A stretch of 64,000 nt of DNA from an uncultured Bacteroidia bacterium (GTDB lineage: Bacteria > Bacteroidota > Bacteroidia > JAFLBG01), in the NCBI GenBank assembly GCA_964593555.1, contig CAZQIC010000004.1:23689-87688 (forward strand). Reading direction: 5' to 3'. Positions 55,776-64,000 of the stretch are shown piece by piece. The stretch's first letter is position 1, and every line of letters begins with the position of its first letter. The notes under the pieces were generated by a model. It was not told the origin of the DNA. It searched no databases and saw nothing but the letters and a program-made list of their open reading frames with translations. The position numbers and the translations under genes are program-made.

Positions 55776-55800
55776 AGTGCATATGAGTTAAATACAATCA

Positions 55801-56838
55801 TTAGATATTTTTCTTCTCAAACAAATAATGTCCAACTAACCATTCTTGTCCGTTTTTTAAGCCAAATAATTCTTCACATGACATAAAAAATACTCTCCAG
55901 TAAGCCCACCATTTTACAGCGTTCTCTTTTCCGTAGGTGCTTTCCATAATGGGCATTATTTCTTTTTTGTGCTTGTCCATATTCTGTAACCAGGCAAGAG
56001 ATGTTTTTTCATAATGTGTGCCATCCACATCCCACTGCTTGGTAATTTGAATGTGGTCGGAAAATTCATGGAATAAATTTTTGCCAGGCATAATTCCTCC
56101 GCTGAAAAAATATTTTGCCATCCAATCAGTTTCATCAATTACCTCGAATAAGTAACTGTATTCTTTATGACAAAAAATATGGACGAATAATTTTGCATCA
56201 GGTTTCATAAGCCCTGCTACTTTTTGAAACAATGCTTTATAATTGCGCATATGCTCAAACATTTCAATAGAAACTATGCGATCAAATGTTTCATTGATGG
56301 TGAATTCATTAATGTTCGCTGTAATTACGGTAAGATTTTTTATACCACGTTCTATCGCTTGCTGGTCGATAAATATTTTTTGTGTTTTGGAATTAGATAC
56401 TGCCGTAATTGAACTATTAGGGAATTTTTTTGCTATATATAATGACAATGATCCCCAGCCGCAGCCAAGTTCCAATATTTTATGCCCGTCTTTTATTTCT
56501 GCCCGCTCACAATATAGCGAGAGCATCTTATCTTCTGCTTCATCAAGATTTTTAGTAGAAGAATCCCAGAAACAGCTGCTGTATTTTAGATTTTTGCCAA
56601 GTGCCAGCTGAAAAAAAGTCGTCGGTAATTCATAATGCTGTTCGTTAGCCTTTATTGTATCAACAGCGATAGGCCCAGTACTTATTTTTTGTAATAAGTC
56701 TTTGAAATGTGCAGCCTGCTTTTCAGAAGTACCTTTGTTCTCCTGGCGCAATCGGTCGTAGCATAATTTTCGTATATATGATCTGATAACAAAATCAGGT
56801 AAAAGATTTTGTTCAAACAACTTTGTTAATAGTTTCAA
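55801..56838 (-). CDS. Second cyclopropane-fatty-acid-synthase-like SAM-dependent methyltransferase
   Basis: 345 aa. It contains QHYELPTTFFQLALGKNLKYSSCFW and the SAM motif ILELGCGWGSLSLYIAKKFPNSSITAVSNS, followed by VSIEMFEHM. The start codon is TTG. Confidence 0.8.
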   Translation of the reverse strand: MKLLTKLFEQNLLPDFVIRSYIRKLCYDRLRQENKGTSEKQAAHFKDLLQKISTGPIAVDTIKANEQHYELPTTFFQLALGKNLKYSSCFWDSSTKNLDEAEDKMLSLYCERAEIKDGHKILELGCGWGSLSLYIAKKFPNSSITAVSNSKTQKIFIDQQAIERGIKNLTVITANINEFTINETFDRIVSIEMFEHMRNYKALFQKVAGLMKPDAKLFVHIFCHKEYSYLFEVIDETDWMAKYFFSGGIMPGKNLFHEFSDHIQITKQWDVDGTHYEKTSLAWLQNMDKHKKEIMPIMESTYGKENAVKWWAYWRVFFMSCEELFGLKNGQEWLVGHYLFEKKNI

Positions 56839-56905
56839 AAGGCAATAGTTTTTTGAATGTAAAAAAACGACTTATTTTGCATTAATTTACGAAAAACAAC
56901 ATTAA

Positions 56906-57676
56906 ATGGATTTGATTTTATTCAATTGTTCACTTGCAGTATCTGTATATATATTAATAGTATATGTAATAGCTCAGATCAAGGTTGATAACAGCATTGT
57001 TGATATTGCCTGGGGCGGTGGATTCATTGCTATAGTCGGAGTTTCAATATTAAGTATGGAATCTGTTCATCCGCGTCAAATCCTTGTTTCAGCACTGGTA
57101 TTTATCTGGGGTTTAAGACTTGCATTATATATTCATGGGCGCAATAATGGCAAACCGGAAGATTATCGTTACCAGGAATTTCGTAAAGGATGGGGCAAAA
57201 ACCCATGGCTGCACGCATTAGTGAAGGTGTTTTTATTGCAGGCTATTTTGATGTTTTTAATTGGTCTTTCATTAATTGAGATTGCAGCATATGGCAATAG
57301 TCCTTTAAATTGGATCGATGTATTGGGAGTGATTGTTTGGGTAAAAGGATTTTTCTTTGAAGCCTTGGGTGATTATCAGATGTCACGCTTTAAAAAGGAC
57401 CCCAACAATAAAGGAAAAATAATGCGTGCGGGATTGTGGAAATATACCCGTCATCCTAATTACTTCGGAGAAGTAGCCATGTGGTGGGGAATATTTATCA
57501 TAAGTATTTCCGCTGGCAATTGGTGGATATCGTTGATAAGTCCGGTGTTACTGACACTTTTAATCTTAAAAGTGTCTGGTGTTACAATGTTGGAAAAAAA
57601 ATATACAGGTAATCCTAAGTATGAAGATTATATAAAGAAGACGAGCACTTTTATCCCTTGGTTCCCTAAAAAGTAA
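56906..57676 (+). CDS. DUF1295 family membrane protein (steroid 5-alpha-reductase / ICMT-like fold)
   Basis: 256 aa and polytopic. It contains [20 protein letters not shown], which is characteristic of DUF1295 proteins. Confidence 0.8.
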   Translation: MDLILFNCSLAVSVYILIVYVIAQIKVDNSIVDIAWGGGFIAIVGVSILSMESVHPRQILVSALVFIWGLRLALYIHGRNNGKPEDYRYQEFRKGWGKNPWLHALVKVFLLQAILMFLIGLSLIEIAAYGNSPLNWIDVLGVIVWVKGFFFEALGDYQMSRFKKDPNNKGKIMRAGLWKYTRHPNYFGEVAMWWGIFIISISAGNWWISLISPVLLTLLILKVSGVTMLEKKYTGNPKYEDYIKKTSTFIPWFPKK

Positions 57677-57746
57677 AAACATCGCGCATTCAGAAAATAC
57701 TGCCGTAATTTTTCCTCTAAATAAGAAGGTAGCTTATGCTTTTGGT

Positions 57747-59054
57747 ATGCTTGGCTGGTCAATAATCAGCAACCTTATTTCAGTAATGCTTATTTATTTT
57801 TATTTGCCGCCTGATGACTCAGGTTTAACGAGTCTGGTACCGCAGATAGTTTTTTTTGGTGTATTTAACCTTATGGCTTTGCTTGTTGCGAGCGGACGTT
57901 TGTTTGATGCCATAATTGATCCATTGGTAGCATATTTCAGTGATAAAAGTACACATCCAAAAGGCAGAAGGATTCCGTTTATGAAAATTGGATTTATTCC
58001 TGCTGTAGTTTGTTGTTTGCTAATATTTATGCCGCTTGAACATCAAGAGTCGATGGCAAATGTTTGGTGGTTATTTTTTGTCCAGATATTATTTTATTTT
58101 TTTGTTACGTTATATATTATCCCTTATAATGCCCTTCTCCCGGAATTAGCAAATACTTCAGAAGAAAAAGTAAGCCTTTCAACTATTCAGTCTTTTGCTT
58201 TTGTTATTGGCATGATCATTTCTTCACAAACGCCTGCTTTTGCAGATTTGCTGGAGAAAGTGTTGGAAATTAGCTCGAGGCAACATGCATTACAATTAGC
58301 TATAGGAATTCTTTCTGCAATCGCAGGGATGTGTATGTTGATTCCTGTACTTGCTATTGATGAAAAAAAATATTGCAAACATAGTCCAGTATCTATTCCC
58401 ATACTTCCAGCTTTGAGACAGGCTTTTGCGAATGTCTCTTTTCGTTTTTTCCTGGTGGCCGATTTTACCTATTACATTTCTATTGCTATTATCACGAGCG
58501 GATTACTGTATTATGTAAAAACTTTGGCTGGCATGGAGGAAGCAGAGGGAGGAAAATTAATGATGGTGATGGTCGGTCTTTCGTTGTTGTTTTATCCTTT
58601 TATGAATAAAATTACAAAAAGGGTGGGGAAGAAGAACCTGATAGTGATATCACTCGCGATGCTATCTGTTTTATTTTTTGGGATTTATTTCGTTGGAAAA
58701 CTTCCTATTGAGGGTTCGGTACATTTATATATTTTGTTCTCACTTTGTTCTTTACCATTAACATTTTTAAGTATTATTCCACCCGCACTGCTTGCCGAAC
58801 TAGCAAATGCTGATTTAATAGTAACAGGACAATCTAAAGAAGGAATATATTATGCTGTCCGTTTTCTATTTGTGAAGTTGGGACAAACACTCGGCATCAT
58901 GTCATTCGCAATTTTTTTATCGTATGGTAAAGATGTGGGTGATGACATGGGGTTAAGATCAACAGGAATTGTGGGGGGGGTATTGTGTTTAGTGGGTTGT
59001 CTTATTTTTTTGAAGTTTGATGAGAAGAAGTTGATGCAGAGTGAGCGGGATTAG
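57747..59054 (+). CDS. MFS transporter, glycoside-pentoside-hexuronide (GPH) cation symporter-like
   Basis: 435 aa with about 11-12 TM helices. It contains the GPH-like motif DAIIDPLVAYFSDKSTHPKGRRIPF. The conserved N-terminal K..Y.FG motif lies partly upstream of the annotated ATG (see findings). Confidence 0.75.
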   Translation: MLGWSIISNLISVMLIYFYLPPDDSGLTSLVPQIVFFGVFNLMALLVASGRLFDAIIDPLVAYFSDKSTHPKGRRIPFMKIGFIPAVVCCLLIFMPLEHQESMANVWWLFFVQILFYFFVTLYIIPYNALLPELANTSEEKVSLSTIQSFAFVIGMIISSQTPAFADLLEKVLEISSRQHALQLAIGILSAIAGMCMLIPVLAIDEKKYCKHSPVSIPILPALRQAFANVSFRFFLVADFTYYISIAIITSGLLYYVKTLAGMEEAEGGKLMMVMVGLSLLFYPFMNKITKRVGKKNLIVISLAMLSVLFFGIYFVGKLPIEGSVHLYILFSLCSLPLTFLSIIPPALLAELANADLIVTGQSKEGIYYAVRFLFVKLGQTLGIMSFAIFLSYGKDVGDDMGLRSTGIVGGVLCLVGCLIFLKFDEKKLMQSERD

Positions 59055-59132
59055 TTTTCGCATCTCGACAAGCTCGATGTGACAATTCGGAATGGGATAA
59101 CCGTAACATGTTTTTGTTTTCCGATAAGGTTA

Positions 59133-59240
59133 TTGATAGGGTGTGATAGCCCGAAAATCCGCCGTGCTCGGGTCTGCCTGTGTGTATACGGTTCGGATTT
59201 TCTTGACTTGTTTGTACTTTTTTTGGGTGGTAGCTAAGAA
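59133..59240 (+). repeat. Dispersed ~100-bp structured repeat, copy 2
   Basis: ttgatagggtgtgatagcccgaaaatccgccgtgctcgggtctgcctgtgtgtatacggttcggattttcttgac... is nearly identical to 12107 onward and in the same orientation. It is intergenic, between convergent genes. Confidence 0.7.
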
Positions 59241-59253
59241 AGTAAAATAGCAA

Positions 59254-59805
59254 TTAATGCGTCGTTTCTAATTCGTATTCAAAATAGTTTCCTTGGTATA
59301 AGCCACCAATAAAACCCTCCCATTCAATTTTAAGTTTTTTATTCCTTTCTGATACGTTTGCGGGAGCATCATTTTTGATCTGCTCATAATATGAATGCAT
59401 TGAACAATAGAGTTGTATTTCATATAGACCTTTCTGCTTGGCCATGTTTTTTAATACAATCTCCTTTGTTTCTAAAGGAGTGTTATGGTTTAGCTGTGGA
59501 ATTAATACATATGAACATTTTAGAGTGTCCTTGTTTTTAGAAATTTTATTAAAAGGATTAAAGAGCTGAAATGTGAAAACTGTCTCGTTATCCCTAGCAA
59601 TAATTGTGCTGTCTTTGATAATAAATTTATTGGGAGCTGATTGTATCTTTTGCAATGTTTGTTGAATGGTTGATAAGTCAGGATTGGTATCATGATTAGT
59701 TCCATGGACAAAATATTGTGAACTTTGCGGTGTTGGCTTTTCGTTTCTACAACTGAACAGAAAGCAAGCTGTCAAAAAAGTTAAAGAAATACACAGATGT
59801 TTCAT
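59254..59805 (-). CDS. Hypothetical lipoprotein
   Basis: 183 aa with a lipoprotein signal (LTACFLFSC). I recognise no domain. Confidence 0.55.
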   Translation of the reverse strand: MKHLCISLTFLTACFLFSCRNEKPTPQSSQYFVHGTNHDTNPDLSTIQQTLQKIQSAPNKFIIKDSTIIARDNETVFTFQLFNPFNKISKNKDTLKCSYVLIPQLNHNTPLETKEIVLKNMAKQKGLYEIQLYCSMHSYYEQIKNDAPANVSERNKKLKIEWEGFIGGLYQGNYFEYELETTH

Positions 59806-59829
59806 GCCTGATTTTAATTGTTATTAGGA

Positions 59830-62202
59830 CTAAAACTCTATCCTATACCCTCCATAAGGGAATAGGCCCAATTGATATTCATACACCATTTCCGATTTTG
59901 AAGGATCGTATATTTGGCGCAATATATTTTTCTTGTTTAAAATATTTTCGACACTTATAAAGAATAACTGGTTAATTTTTTTCTGATTTATCTTGTAAGA
60001 AATTTTAAAATCAACTTTTGAATAATTCCTGAATTTTTGAGAGTAGGCGAGCGAATCAATATATACAGCTCTTTTTTCCTGTATGGAAGCATCAATGTCA
60101 GCTGGAGTAAAGCGTCCGCCGCCTGCCATTGTAACTTTTGCATCAAAAGCCAGGATCTTGTTTCCTTTTCCAAGAGGGATCTCAATTCCTCCAAGGGTAT
60201 TTAATACATAACCATTGCTATATCCCGTAAAACGTTCAACTCCATCACTTGAGGTATACTTAGATTCAAACACAGATAAAGTGAAAAGTGTATAATAATT
60301 TTTACTGAAAAATTTCTCTACTGTAAGTTCAACACCATAATTTTTCCCCTTCCCTTTGTTTGTAAGACTGTCAACAAGCGGTATGCCTTCAATGTCATTG
60401 CCCACATTGATCATTGAAAAAGAAGTTTTGTAATTTTTTTCAATTGGGATATCATACAATTGTTGGTAATATGGTTCAACTTTTACACGGAAGTCCTTGC
60501 CAATATTTGCATCATATCCTGTAATAAAGTGATGTGCTCTTGAAAGATCAAGATTTCTGTTGGAATGAACGAAAGTTCCGTTGGCTTCATTTGTGGTACG
60601 GTAAAAATAGTAGATCAGCGGTTGTATCTGACTATGCATTCCATAGGAGAAATTGACAGATTGCTTTTTACTTATCTGCCATCTTATACCACCCCTGGGT
60701 TCTATTGCCCATGAATTGTTTAATAAAAAATTCTGGAGATGTATTCCATTGTTGAGTGTTAGCTTGTCCGATATTCTGTATTGCCAGTGTGCAAAACCTT
60801 GTATTAAGCCGGTATTGTTTTTCTCTTTAAGAATGTCGAAGTATTGTACATTTGTACGAGAGAAATAAGATGATTTATAATCGATCATCATATTGCTATA
60901 TGTTACACCCGATTTTAAAAGATGTTTGCTGTTTATTTTATTTGTAAAAATATAATCAACGTTTAGCTGATCATCGATAGATGTATTCTTAAATACATTA
61001 AAATTTTCTTTTGTAACAGATAGGGTGTCAATGTTTATTTTGTAATAACTTCTTGATCCTGAAATTGAAAATTTTCCGGATATTTTATTGTTAAAGAAGT
61101 AAGTGTGTGATGCTCCGATAGTTCCCATTCCTGCTGTAAAGATCAGGTCTTCACCTTTGGATGTAAACGACCAATCCGTAGAATCTTTTTCACTATCCAA
61201 TAAAGATATATTACTGTAACCTCCAACTCCCCAAATGCTGAAAATGCCTTTTTTTTCAGTTGGTAAATTTATTTTAAAAGAAAGGTCCTGATATTTTGGG
61301 ATGGCAGATACACCAAAGCTTATTCCCAATGCCTGAAAAATTTCCAGTGTTGAATACCTGTAATTCACAAGGAATGATCCGCCGTTCTTTTTATTCAGTG
61401 GTCCCTCTACACCAAATTCTAATCCGTTAAAACCAAGCTGCCCGGTGAATTCTGTTTTTTCATTGTTACCGTTTCGTAATCTTAGATCAAACACTGCCGC
61501 CATCCTGTTTCCATACTCTGCGGGAAATGCGCCTGTCAAAAAATCTGTATTACCCAATAAGTTATTGTTAAGCATACTTACCGGCCCGCCGGTTGCTCCC
61601 TGATTTGAAAAGTGATTTGGATTAGGTATTGGTAGGCCTTCCAATCGCCACAATACTCCTAGTGGAGAATTACCTCTTACAACAATATCATTGCGTACAT
61701 CATTACCGGTTGCAACACCTGCGTAATTCGCGACCATTTTACTTGGATCTCCTCGGCTTCCGGCAAAACGTTCTGTTTCTTCATTCTTGAAATTACGTGC
61801 GCTATTGGTAACTAACTCATTGTTCGCTTTTGTTTTATCTTTTTCAAAAATAATTTCCACCACTTCAGAAGAATATACTTTCTCACGCATTTCAATGGTA
61901 AGTATTACTTCTTTACCTGATGATACTACAATGTTACTTATTGTAACATCATCGAATCCTAAAAAACTTGCTTTTATTGCGTGGCGACCAACTTTAACAT
62001 TGTTGAGCCTGAATCTGCCTTCGTTATCTGTTGAAGATCCGTTAAACGTGTCATTATTAAGTAAAATAACATTTGCACCAATAAGCGGTGACTTAGAGTC
62101 GGCATCAATAACTTTTCCGCGAATTGTTTGAGTGAATGTTTGAGAGAATGCGATAGAAAAATTTAAAAGGGAGAATAGAAAAACTAAAATTTTATTTTTC
62201 AT
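59830..62202 (-). CDS. TonB-dependent receptor with CarboxypepD_reg N-terminal domain
   Basis: 790 aa. The N-terminal domain is [57 protein letters not shown]. The plug region is [18 protein letters not shown]...VVRGNSP. The barrel ends in ...GGYRIEF. Its ATG overlaps the pyrF stop (ATGA). Confidence 0.85.
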   Translation of the reverse strand: MKNKILVFLFSLLNFSIAFSQTFTQTIRGKVIDADSKSPLIGANVILLNNDTFNGSSTDNEGRFRLNNVKVGRHAIKASFLGFDDVTISNIVVSSGKEVILTIEMREKVYSSEVVEIIFEKDKTKANNELVTNSARNFKNEETERFAGSRGDPSKMVANYAGVATGNDVRNDIVVRGNSPLGVLWRLEGLPIPNPNHFSNQGATGGPVSMLNNNLLGNTDFLTGAFPAEYGNRMAAVFDLRLRNGNNEKTEFTGQLGFNGLEFGVEGPLNKKNGGSFLVNYRYSTLEIFQALGISFGVSAIPKYQDLSFKINLPTEKKGIFSIWGVGGYSNISLLDSEKDSTDWSFTSKGEDLIFTAGMGTIGASHTYFFNNKISGKFSISGSRSYYKINIDTLSVTKENFNVFKNTSIDDQLNVDYIFTNKINSKHLLKSGVTYSNMMIDYKSSYFSRTNVQYFDILKEKNNTGLIQGFAHWQYRISDKLTLNNGIHLQNFLLNNSWAIEPRGGIRWQISKKQSVNFSYGMHSQIQPLIYYFYRTTNEANGTFVHSNRNLDLSRAHHFITGYDANIGKDFRVKVEPYYQQLYDIPIEKNYKTSFSMINVGNDIEGIPLVDSLTNKGKGKNYGVELTVEKFFSKNYYTLFTLSVFESKYTSSDGVERFTGYSNGYVLNTLGGIEIPLGKGNKILAFDAKVTMAGGGRFTPADIDASIQEKRAVYIDSLAYSQKFRNYSKVDFKISYKINQKKINQLFFISVENILNKKNILRQIYDPSKSEMVYEYQLGLFPYGGYRIEF

Positions 62203-63017
62203 GATAATCCATCCAACAGTTTTTCCATCTCTTGCTGCACTAATTTCGCTTGCACGGCTGCTTGTATTGCAAAATCTTCTCCCTCGCTGGCATATATTAT
62301 CGCCCTTGAGGAATTAACGAGTAGGCCGCATTGTTTGTTCATGCCGTATTTAGCTACTTCTGCCAGGCTTCCACCTTGTGCGCCAACACCGGGGACCAAT
62401 AAAAAATTATCTGGAATTATTTTTCTTATTTCACTAAGCATGCTTGCTTTTGTGGCACCAACTACATACATCATGTTATCTGCGTTGCCCCAGGTTTTTG
62501 AGGTATGTAAAATTTCTTCGAAAAGTTTTTTGTTATTGTGTTCTAATAATTGAAAATCAGCGGCGCTGCTATTCGAGGTTAATGCTAGTAGTACCACCCA
62601 TTTGTCTTCGTAATTAAGAAAAGGTTTTACGGAATCCGCTCCCATGTAAGGTGCAACAGTAAGTGCATCAAAGTCCATTAATCCGAAAAATGCCTGCGCA
62701 TACATGTCGGAAGTGTTTCCAATGTCACCTCTCTTAGCATCAGCTATGGTAAAAATACTTTTTAACTCTTTTAAATAATGGATTGTTTTTTCCAGCGATT
62801 CCCATCCAGCGCTGCCCATACTTTCATAAAATGCAGTATTGGGTTTATAAGAAACGCATAAATGATGAGTAGCATCAATGATCTGTTTGTTGAATTCGAA
62901 AATGGGATCACTTGATTTATGAAGATGCCTCGGAATTTTTTTTATGTCGGGATCAAGACCAATACATAAAAAGGATTTTTTGTCCTGGATATTTTTGAAA
63001 AGTTCCTGCCTTGTCAT
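62199..63017 (-). CDS. pyrF: Orotidine 5'-phosphate decarboxylase (long, type 2 form)
   Basis: 272 aa. It contains FLCIGLDPD, the active-site context [15 protein letters not shown], and [11 protein letters not shown]. Confidence 0.9.
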   Translation of the reverse strand: MTRQELFKNIQDKKSFLCIGLDPDIKKIPRHLHKSSDPIFEFNKQIIDATHHLCVSYKPNTAFYESMGSAGWESLEKTIHYLKELKSIFTIADAKRGDIGNTSDMYAQAFFGLMDFDALTVAPYMGADSVKPFLNYEDKWVVLLALTSNSSAADFQLLEHNNKKLFEEILHTSKTWGNADNMMYVVGATKASMLSEIRKIIPDNFLLVPGVGAQGGSLAEVAKYGMNKQCGLLVNSSRAIIYASEGEDFAIQAAVQAKLVQQEMEKLLDGLS

Positions 63018-63135
63018 AACCTGAAAACAAAATTACTTATTCCCAGTGATATAATTGCAATGAGGCAAACACAAATATAAGTACTTACGCCAGCAGGCTC
63101 AAAAACGAAATGGTATCCTGAGGGTTCTCAAAGGG

Positions 63136-64000
63136 TTACAATGCCGTTCCTTCTTTTAATTTTTCGGCGTTTTCTGCAACATGTAACGCATCAATAAACT
63201 CTTGTATGTCACCATTCATGAAGGCCGGCAAATTATGCATGCTTAATCCTATGCGGTGATCAGTTACACGGCTCTGTGGATAATTGTAGGTGCGTATTTT
63301 GGCTGATCGGTCACCTGTAGAGACCATTGTTTTTCTCTTAGAAGCAACATCACCATCTCTTTTTTTAGACTCGAGGTCATAAAGTTTGGTGCGTAACATG
63401 TTCATGGCTCGTTCCCTATTGCCGTGCTGAGAGCGTTCCACCTGGCATGTGATTTGAATACCGCTGGGCTTATGTGTAAGCATTACTTTTGTCTCTACCT
63501 TATTTACGTTCTGTCCTCCAGCACCTCCTGAACGCGCTGTCACTATTTCCAGATCGGCGGGGTTAATAACTATTTCAAAATCTTCTACTTCAGGCAACAC
63601 TACAACAGATGCCGCTGATGTATGTACTCTTCCCTGTGTTTCTGTTTCAGGCACACGTTGTACACGGTGTACGCCCGATTCAAATTTTAATATTCCGTAT
63701 GCAGTATCGCCAGTCACATTAAAAATAACCTCTTTGTAACCACCGGCTGTGCCGTCGGAGAAATCCACTAATTCTACTTTTAACTTATTTGATTCGCAAT
63801 ACCTGGTGTACATGCGGTAAAGGTCGCCAACAAAAATACTTGCTTCATCACCACCGGTACCGGCTCTGAGTTCCACAATGGCATTTCTTTCGTCTTCCGG
63901 GTCCTTAGGTACAAGCAGGTTTTTGATCTCTAATTCCAGATTTTCTTTTTGTATGGATAGCTCGTCCACTTCTGTTTTTGCCATCGCACGAAAATCTTCG
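63136..64000 (-). CDS. prfA: Peptide chain release factor 1; the 5' end lies beyond the right edge
   Basis: The GGQ motif is [17 protein letters not shown]. The RF1-type P-x-T tripeptide context is [26 protein letters not shown]. The reading frame stays open from the first listed Met (63984) to the window end, and about 80 N-terminal residues expected for RF1 are missing. Confidence 0.9.
   Translation of the reverse strand, partial: EDFRAMAKTEVDELSIQKENLELEIKNLLVPKDPEDERNAIVELRAGTGGDEASIFVGDLYRMYTRYCESNKLKVELVDFSDGTAGGYKEVIFNVTGDTAYGILKFESGVHRVQRVPETETQGRVHTSAASVVVLPEVEDFEIVINPADLEIVTARSGGAGGQNVNKVETKVMLTHKPSGIQITCQVERSQHGNRERAMNMLRTKLYDLESKKRDGDVASKRKTMVSTGDRSAKIRTYNYPQSRVTDHRIGLSMHNLPAFMNGDIQEFIDALHVAENAEKLKEGTAL

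Noticed and set aside
63136-64000. RF1 tripeptide reading P-E-T instead of the textbook P-A-T, as a possible altered stop-codon specificity
   Set aside because: The RF1 motif is generally defined as P-x-T with a variable middle residue, and the surrounding sequence and GGQ loop are canonical. Nothing in the window suggests stop-codon reassignment: TAA, TGA and TAG all terminate well-supported ORFs.

Overview
This is a low-GC (by eye, not computed) chromosomal segment that looks like Bacteroidota, possibly Sphingobacteriia or Chitinophagia. The basis is a T9SS C-terminal sorting domain, CarboxypepD_reg-type TonB receptors, TTG-N19/20-TAnnTTTG promoters and 'cattgcgag' palindromic repeats. About 85% is coding, mostly on the minus strand. 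I found no rRNA, tRNA or CRISPR.

Ordinary content:
- Housekeeping genes: prfA (partial), pyrF, recR, a 2-oxoacid dehydrogenase E2, an S41 tail-specific protease, a DnaQ-like exonuclease, an FAH-family hydrolase, a YcaQ-like protein and a PLP decarboxylase.
- Transport genes: two TonB receptors, LysE, SSF and GPH/MFS.
- A lipid-modification cluster: cfa, DUF1365, FAD oxidase, cfa-like and DUF1295.

Features that stand out:
1. A six-gene envelope locus at 14282-22913. Two paralogous secreted subunit-like proteins bracket a PapD-like two-domain protein, two OmpA_C-like proteins with the same non-canonical motif changes, and a 1120-aa barrel protein ending in a SPOR domain. I read this as a candidate undescribed peptidoglycan-anchored surface or envelope assembly system.
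2. Six tandem paralogs of a TPR + PD40 (TolB-like) + CarboxypepD_reg protein at 26575-39680, with variable C-termini (none, OmpA_C, or SPOR plus degenerate OmpA). A seventh copy is cut by the left edge and is missing from the ORF track.
3. A hipBA toxin-antitoxin cassette apparently inserted into the 3' end of the LysE gene. The displaced, roughly 85%-identical 3' end is left behind as a pseudogene remnant, which is itself split by a ~195-bp MITE-like element with a 10-bp target-site duplication.
4. A perfect 276-bp in-frame tandem duplication inside the SSF transporter gene.
5. Two families of small dispersed or palindromic repeats.

Several ORF-track starts are TTG or GTG. Where an obvious ATG plus signal peptide lies just downstream, I give the refined start.
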